From NCBI GenBank assembly GCA_038150305.1, contig JAYOTG010000007.1:4230-68229 (forward strand): a stretch of DNA of 64,000 bases, read 5' to 3'. Within the stretch, counting starts at the first letter, position 1. Each line of letters starts with the position of its first letter. Shown piece after piece: positions 58,745 to 64,000 of the stretch. A model generated the notes under the pieces. The model was not told the origin of the DNA. It saw only the letters and a program-made list of their open reading frames with translations, and ran no database searches. The translations under genes were made by a program, and so were the position numbers. The DNA is from Candidatus Poseidoniales archaeon. Lineage in GTDB: Archaea > Thermoplasmatota > Poseidoniia > Poseidoniales > Poseidoniaceae.

Positions 58745-59164
58745 ATGGTAGGTCTTCTCGGTGACCTCGATTTGGAGGATGAACACGTCACCATCGGGCT
58801 TGAGGACAGCCTCGAAGAAGCCGCGCACCGCCTGATTGACGTTCCTGGTGGGGTTCTTGTGGTGTTGGACGATGAGGCGCAGCCGCGTGGTCTCATCCGG
58901 CCTGACCACCTTCTCCGTGAAGTGCTCAAAGGCACGGATTTGCGCGCGAACGTTTGCCGTGATGTGATGCTTTCCGACGTGCTTCGGTTGCCGGTGTCCA
59001 CACCGCTGGACGAAGTGGTTGCGGTCATCGACCGCCGTCAACCCGACGCCGTGGTCGGAGTCGACGACGAGGGTGTCTTTCTCGGTTGGTTTTCTCCGGC
59101 CGACCTCGCCTCTGCACGAGCCAAAGTGAAGGTGCTGCGGTCGTTGGACCGTGCGCGTTCGTGA
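58745..59164 (+). CDS. CBS-domain pair protein
   Basis: About 140 aa with two CBS-like halves (VTIGLEDSLEEAAHRLIDVPGGVLVVLDDEAQPRGLI and LRLPVSTPLDEVVAVIDRRQPDAVVGVDDEGVFLGWFSPADL). ATG 58745 lies 4 nt after the upstream stop. Confidence 0.6.
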   Translation: MVGLLGDLDLEDEHVTIGLEDSLEEAAHRLIDVPGGVLVVLDDEAQPRGLIRPDHLLREVLKGTDLRANVCRDVMLSDVLRLPVSTPLDEVVAVIDRRQPDAVVGVDDEGVFLGWFSPADLASARAKVKVLRSLDRARS

Positions 59165-60904
59165 TCACTCGTGGGCCATCAACAACCGCCCATCCTCCAG
59201 CAGGATGGCATAGCCGATACGCTCCAACTGGACGACGGTCCCGGCGGGGAAGTCATGTGGTTCTAAGCGGCCACCGATCTCGTGCAGTTCGTCGTCCTCT
59301 GCAAGGACGAGCGTGGCCTCTTCCGAGGCATCCACGGTCCAATGAACGATGGGGCGTTGGTCCCGCCGTTCGATGTCTCCGGCGATCAATGTGCCCTCCT
59401 GCTGGTCCACGTCGACCAAGTCCTTGAGCCGGAACGACGCCATGCTTGCATCCTCGACTTCGATCCACACATGGCCCGTGGTCAGGTCATGACGTCGTGG
59501 CTCCTTGTCCGGCTGATCGGGATAACGCACCAGGGTTGCTTCATCCGGTGCGCCGGTGATGGGCATGCGAACCGCATCACGCACGAACGCTAAGCGAGGT
59601 GCAGTGCTGTCGACCGCTTTGGTGTTGTGAGAAAACAGGCTGCTCAACGGCACGGAGATGTCCTTCTGCGTGATGGCCAATTCAAGCCAAAACGCTCGGA
59701 GTGCCGAGGCTTGAATGCCGCGACGCGCGAGGGCGGACAGCGTCGGAAGGCGTGGGTCATTCCAGCCCTCATACCGTCCGCTCTCGATGTCCTTTCGCAT
59801 CGCTGAGGTGGAAAATCCGCCCCATTCATGCACCTTAACGCGTCCCCAATACATCGTGTTCGGGTAGGTCCAACCAAAGTACTCGTAGAGCAAGGTCTGT
59901 TTCCTCGTGGAATCCATGAGGTCCTTTCCTCGGATGATGTGGGTCACGCCTTGGAGGTGATCTTCAATCGCGCTTTGAAAGTCGAGGAGCGGCCATACTT
60001 GGTGCTTAGAACCGACCTCGGGCCGAGGGTGCGGATTGGTCACGGTGTCCTGCAGGCGGAGCGCCGGCCAGTCGCGGAGGGCCGGGTTGCGTTGGTCCAT
60101 CCCCGTCTTCACGCGAACGACCGCTTCTCCCGGCTTGTATGCGCCACCGAGCATGCCTTGCCATCGGGTGGTGTGTTCATCCGTAGATTTCCCCCTGCAA
60201 GGGCATTCGGTTTGCGCGACGCGGAACTCGCGGAAGGCTTCCGCACTGCAGGTGCAGACGTATCCGAAGCCCTGCTCGATCATGGTGGTGGCGTGTTCAT
60301 GGTACACGTCGATACGATCACTGGCGATGATCACGCGGTCGGCCGGTCGGCCGAGCAACCATTCGGTTTCCTGTTGAATGGTGTCGTACGCCTCAGGCAT
60401 GGGAGGCTTCACGACGGTGTCTGTGTCGTCAAACCTCAGGATGAGGGTTCCCTTGTACCGTTCTGCGTAGGCTCCGTTGATGACCAAGCCACGGGCGTGG
60501 CCAAAAGACAGGGGGCCGTTCGGGTTTGGTGCGAACCTGAGGACAACGTTCCCTTCTTCCACATGTTCCAAATCAGGCAGTCCGACGCGCCGTTCCGCTT
60601 TGGGACGTGCTTCAAGCAATTCAGGGGCCATCGCCACCAATTCTTGTTGCGCGGCCTCCAAGCCTTGCTCGGCCACGAAAGCATTCGCTTCCGCGACGGC
60701 GGCAGCCACTGCGGCGGCGAGCTCACGCCCATGAGGTCGAAGGTCGGCGCGCATGCCCATGATGCGACCGACGACGGAACCGGCCACGGCTTCTCCGTTG
60801 TATTCGACGGCGTTTTGCAACGCGACAAGGCGCAGAAACGCGAGGGTGTCCTCGTCCGGTGTCCACGCCATGCTGCTCAGTGCAGGCTGCAGGGAGCCCT
60901 TCAT
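59165..60904 (-). CDS. gltX: Glutamyl-tRNA synthetase, archaeal/eukaryotic type
   Basis: RFAPNPNGPLSFGHARG is the class I HIGH region. GYVCTC..., THIIRGKD and the overall length are typical of archaeal GluRS. The start ATG overlaps the rnhB stop (ATGA at 60901-60904). Confidence 0.9.
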   Translation of the reverse strand: MKGSLQPALSSMAWTPDEDTLAFLRLVALQNAVEYNGEAVAGSVVGRIMGMRADLRPHGRELAAAVAAAVAEANAFVAEQGLEAAQQELVAMAPELLEARPKAERRVGLPDLEHVEEGNVVLRFAPNPNGPLSFGHARGLVINGAYAERYKGTLILRFDDTDTVVKPPMPEAYDTIQQETEWLLGRPADRVIIASDRIDVYHEHATTMIEQGFGYVCTCSAEAFREFRVAQTECPCRGKSTDEHTTRWQGMLGGAYKPGEAVVRVKTGMDQRNPALRDWPALRLQDTVTNPHPRPEVGSKHQVWPLLDFQSAIEDHLQGVTHIIRGKDLMDSTRKQTLLYEYFGWTYPNTMYWGRVKVHEWGGFSTSAMRKDIESGRYEGWNDPRLPTLSALARRGIQASALRAFWLELAITQKDISVPLSSLFSHNTKAVDSTAPRLAFVRDAVRMPITGAPDEATLVRYPDQPDKEPRRHDLTTGHVWIEVEDASMASFRLKDLVDVDQQEGTLIAGDIERRDQRPIVHWTVDASEEATLVLAEDDELHEIGGRLEPHDFPAGTVVQLERIGYAILLEDGRLLMAHE

Positions 60905-61638
60905 GAGGATGGTGGGTCAAACAACCGACGTTGCACTGAGGTGCCTGTGGAGGTCCGGACCGGCATTGGTGTGTCATGCTGCGCAGACCACGCTCGTTTT
61001 GTGGTCGCCCACGACCATCGCAGGGCGGGGTGCGGTCGTCCCTCTAAGAGCAGTTCAGGGAGTGCCCGCTTCAATTTCGGGTCGCTCGGGTAGCCTGATC
61101 CGACCTCAATTCCGCTGCGATCGATGAACGAGCGGACCCACGCATCCCTGGCCACTTTGGCGACGATGCTCGCGGCTCCGACCACTCTGTCTTCCGCATC
61201 GGCTTGATGCTTGGCGTCGATTTCAACGGGTTCAAGGTCGTGCGTCATGAGACCAGACTGCACGTTCTGGCCGAATCGTGCTGCATCAACGTCGCATGCG
61301 TCGAGCACCAAGCGGTGGTCCTCTCCGTCCATCCATAACGCCTGAATGGCTTCCACAAAGCCTTCCACTTCCAACCGATTCAGGCCCCGCTCCTCGACGG
61401 CTGCATCGATGCGCGTGGGTTCGAGTGCCAGCGCCTCAATGCCCCAACCGTTCTGTTCGGCGAGGCTTCGAAGTTCGCCGTCCATGCGCTCCCGTTGTTG
61501 TGGGCTGAGGCGCTTGGAATCCGTGACGCCAAGCTCCTCGAGGAGATGAAGGTCAGATTCGGGGACAGCGCAGGCCCCGATGAACAAGGGCCCGATGCAG
61601 GGCCCACGGCCCGCTTCATCGACGCCAATCACGCGCAT
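60901..61638 (-). CDS. rnhB: Ribonuclease HII
   Basis: From ATG 61638 the protein starts MRVIGVDEAGRGPCIGPLFIGA. It also has DSKRLS and ASIVAKVARD. The track start 61764 would overlap the upstream gene. Confidence 0.9.
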   Translation of the reverse strand: MRVIGVDEAGRGPCIGPLFIGACAVPESDLHLLEELGVTDSKRLSPQQRERMDGELRSLAEQNGWGIEALALEPTRIDAAVEERGLNRLEVEGFVEAIQALWMDGEDHRLVLDACDVDAARFGQNVQSGLMTHDLEPVEIDAKHQADAEDRVVGAASIVAKVARDAWVRSFIDRSGIEVGSGYPSDPKLKRALPELLLEGRPHPALRWSWATTKRAWSAQHDTPMPVRTSTGTSVQRRLFDPPSS

Positions 61639-61642
61639 CGCT

Positions 61643-63931
61643 TCACCCCAAATCGAGATCGTCGAGCAGCGTGTCGATCTCGGTGGCTTCTTGCTTTGGT
61701 GCTGCGAGGTTAGCGGCCAGTGCATCCAAGCGTTCTGATGCGGCTTGACTTGTGCGGGCATCAAGGACGACGGAAGCCGCGTCCGTCAATGCGCTTGGCG
61801 GAGCGGGAGCTGGAGCAGGGCTGGGGTTTGAGCGGTTCCTGAACGCCTCTTGGAACGCGCTTGCGTCCACGCTTTGACTGACCGCGGGCGCGGGTTGCCC
61901 ACGCTTGGCCTGGAATCCAGCCATCCAATCTTCAGCGGTTTCAGGAGCCTTTGCGTCTTGCACCATCTCGGCTCGCTCAGCGCGTTGGTCGGCACGACGG
62001 ACCAAGGCACGGTTGAGCACGATGGTCGCAATCCCAACCGCGAGCACGATGTGCCACGTGACTTGCACCAAGCCCCACACCTGCCCCGCGATCGCTTGGA
62101 GGTCAAAGCCCCCCTCGGTCGGGTTGTCTTGCCACGGGATGCCGAGGTATGGTGCGACAATGGTCTCTTGGAAGGTTTGCTCCGGGACGTAACGGGACCG
62201 AACGCTGAGGTTCACATAGACGGTGCCGTTCACGCTCTCATCCGCTGGTAGGTCGAACCAAGCCCTGAGCGTGATGTTGCTCCCAATGGGCAACCCTTCG
62301 ACTTCGAAGGAACGCACAGGTTCCTCGTCGCCGTCGAGCACCGCTCCCTCAGGTGGAATCAACCCCATGTCCATGCCGTGTGATGCCTTCATGCTGACCA
62401 CCAAGCCATCGACGACGTTTCCGTCGTTGCGGAGGGTGGCCGTGACGGACACGCGCTGGCGCGAGTCCTCCTCTTGGACCACCGATTCAAACACCCATTC
62501 CACACGTGGTGCAATGCGAAGGTCGAGGCTCTGCACCAAATCGAGCGTTGTCCCCTCCGGCCCGATGAAGACGTCGAGGGTCGCCGTCTGGAACGCAAGG
62601 GCGTCAGGATGAGCCCGAAGATGAGCGATCACGATGTCTTCGTTGTCGCCATGAGCGAGCGACAACCGCTCGGTTCCAATGGACATGTTCACGATGCCCT
62701 GAGCTTCCTCGCCAAGGGCGAGTTCGATGGTCGCAGCATCATCGTAGGTCCCTGAATTGCGAACGTTGGCCCGCACTTCGCAGGAGCGTTCAACCTCCAA
62801 GTCAGCGCAACGCGCGGTGATGTCGGTCACCTCGAACGCACGTTGGAGGTCGATTTCGCCGGTGAGGTCCACGGTTGCCGTTGAGGCGCCGATGTTGGCG
62901 CGCAGGCGCACGTCCAGACGGCCCTCGTCAATCCATGGCGCAAGCAGGCCGACTTCGATGGTGCGTGATGCTCCGGGCTGGAGTGGGAGGGTAGGAAGCG
63001 CACCGAACAAAGCAACGGTCCAACCGTCCCGCTGGAAGCGGTCAATCGGCTCGAAACCGTCCACCGCTGTGCCGTCTGCGTTGAGCGCAATCAGGTTCAA
63101 TCCCACGGTGGAAGGGACGTTGCCACGGTTGGTGATCACGACGTCCATCCGCTCATCGGTGCCTGGGGCGACCGGCTGCGTGGATGCTTCGACGGACACC
63201 GCAACCCGCTTGACTTCCTCCATGGCGAGGATGAAGGTCCAAGCGTCCCCTCGACCGTCAAAGGTCGAGGACGCTGTGAGGGTGAAGGAAGGACCAGTGC
63301 CAAACAGAGGAAGACCATCGTCATCGACCACGCCCACCTCAATCCATGCGCCGATGTAGATGAGTTCACCAGGGTCAACGGAAACGTTGGGGTCCTCAAC
63401 CTTCACGCCGTTGAGCGTCCAACCCCACGCCCAACCGCTGGCCGTGTCCATGTGGAAATGGACCTCATCAGGTTCAGAACCGACGTTGGTCAAGTTGACC
63501 GCGACTTGGGTTGTCACTCCCTCGTTGACCGTCAGCGTGGATTGATCCGAGGCACCGAGCACCAACGCAGAAGCTGCACGAATCCACACGTCAACGGTGC
63601 AGGTGGACAGCGTGGTTCCGCCGTCTGAGAGGTTCACCACCAAGTCGAGGTGACCGCTCGGCGCATCGAGGGAGGCGGTGAACGATCCTGTCCAGGTTCG
63701 GTTGTTGCTTTCTGTGGTGTTGGCCACATCCGTGATCTCAACCTCTACCAGGTCACCGAAGCTCAATGTCGCGTCATCGACACCGTGCTGGGTGAAGGAA
63801 ACAGACGTCGCTTGCCCTGGTACCAGTGCTACGGTCTCGGGACAAGTGAGGCTCGGGTTGCTTTCTGCGCCAGCGTGGTGGAGCGGGAGCGTGCTCAGCA
63901 AGAGGAGCAGCACCAGCCATACTGCTCGCAT
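61643..63931 (-). CDS. Type I surface protein with multiple CARDB-like Ig-fold modules, one TM and a cytoplasmic tail
   Basis: Signal peptide MRAVWLVLLLLLSTLPLHHAGAES. CARDB-like segments are AVNLTNVGSEPDEVHF, VVITNRGNVPSTVGLNL, VRANVRNSGTYDDAATIEL and VTATLRNDGNVVDGLVVSM. The TM is WHIVLAVGIATIVLNRAL. The stop lies 4 nt before the rnhB start. Confidence 0.8.
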   Translation of the reverse strand: MRAVWLVLLLLLSTLPLHHAGAESNPSLTCPETVALVPGQATSVSFTQHGVDDATLSFGDLVEVEITDVANTTESNNRTWTGSFTASLDAPSGHLDLVVNLSDGGTTLSTCTVDVWIRAASALVLGASDQSTLTVNEGVTTQVAVNLTNVGSEPDEVHFHMDTASGWAWGWTLNGVKVEDPNVSVDPGELIYIGAWIEVGVVDDDGLPLFGTGPSFTLTASSTFDGRGDAWTFILAMEEVKRVAVSVEASTQPVAPGTDERMDVVITNRGNVPSTVGLNLIALNADGTAVDGFEPIDRFQRDGWTVALFGALPTLPLQPGASRTIEVGLLAPWIDEGRLDVRLRANIGASTATVDLTGEIDLQRAFEVTDITARCADLEVERSCEVRANVRNSGTYDDAATIELALGEEAQGIVNMSIGTERLSLAHGDNEDIVIAHLRAHPDALAFQTATLDVFIGPEGTTLDLVQSLDLRIAPRVEWVFESVVQEEDSRQRVSVTATLRNDGNVVDGLVVSMKASHGMDMGLIPPEGAVLDGDEEPVRSFEVEGLPIGSNITLRAWFDLPADESVNGTVYVNLSVRSRYVPEQTFQETIVAPYLGIPWQDNPTEGGFDLQAIAGQVWGLVQVTWHIVLAVGIATIVLNRALVRRADQRAERAEMVQDAKAPETAEDWMAGFQAKRGQPAPAVSQSVDASAFQEAFRNRSNPSPAPAPAPPSALTDAASVVLDARTSQAASERLDALAANLAAPKQEATEIDTLLDDLDLG

Positions 63932-64000
63932 AGCCCAGTCTCGTCCCTTTCGTCCTTCAAGTCGTCGTTCACCTGTACAATCAAAACAAGGTCGGAATGG

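Overview
High-GC, very gene-dense archaeal chromosomal segment. I call 37 CDS and 1 tRNA. I saw no rRNA, CRISPR array, transposase or integrase.

Archaeal origin rests on these genes and motifs:
- CDP-archaeol synthase (carS)
- an STT3/AglB oligosaccharyltransferase with a WWDYG motif
- archaeosine synthase ArcS, with an exact PC-X3-KPY-X2-S-X2-H motif
- archaeal-type ribosomal protein uS15
- archaeal/eukaryotic-type GluRS
- three class-III (type IV pilin-like) signal peptides

Predicted proteins are strongly acidic (D/E/T-rich). Genes are packed with ATGA start/stop overlaps and with zero-gap or overlapping convergent stop codons. My unverified guess is a marine or halophilic euryarchaeon, MG-II/Poseidoniales-like or another Thermoplasmatota.

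Housekeeping genes present: purD, carS, dnaJ, gltX, rnhB, rps15, arcS, an HD-domain dNTPase-like gene, a GT2 glycosyltransferase and tRNA-CAU.

By my coordinates, roughly two-thirds of the window encodes secreted or membrane-anchored surface proteins. These are the most unusual content:
1. A 3,199-aa mega-AglB: extra N-terminal TM domain, STT3 core, about 1,900 aa of repeated beta-sandwich modules and a C-terminal TM anchor. A membrane-anchored subtilase, a 1,446-aa beta-helix surface protein and a wHTH-STAND-TPR NTPase follow it co-directionally.
2. A translationally coupled operon of an MBL hydrolase plus three pilin-like proteins, one of 724 aa. No pilus ATPase, platform protein or prepilin peptidase is in the window.
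3. A four-gene operon: a 1,917-aa protein with at least 24 thrombospondin-type-3 Ca-binding repeats, a 1,811-aa Asp-box protein, a small acidic protein and a metzincin-like lipoprotein.

All functional calls come from motifs recognised by eye. No database search was run.
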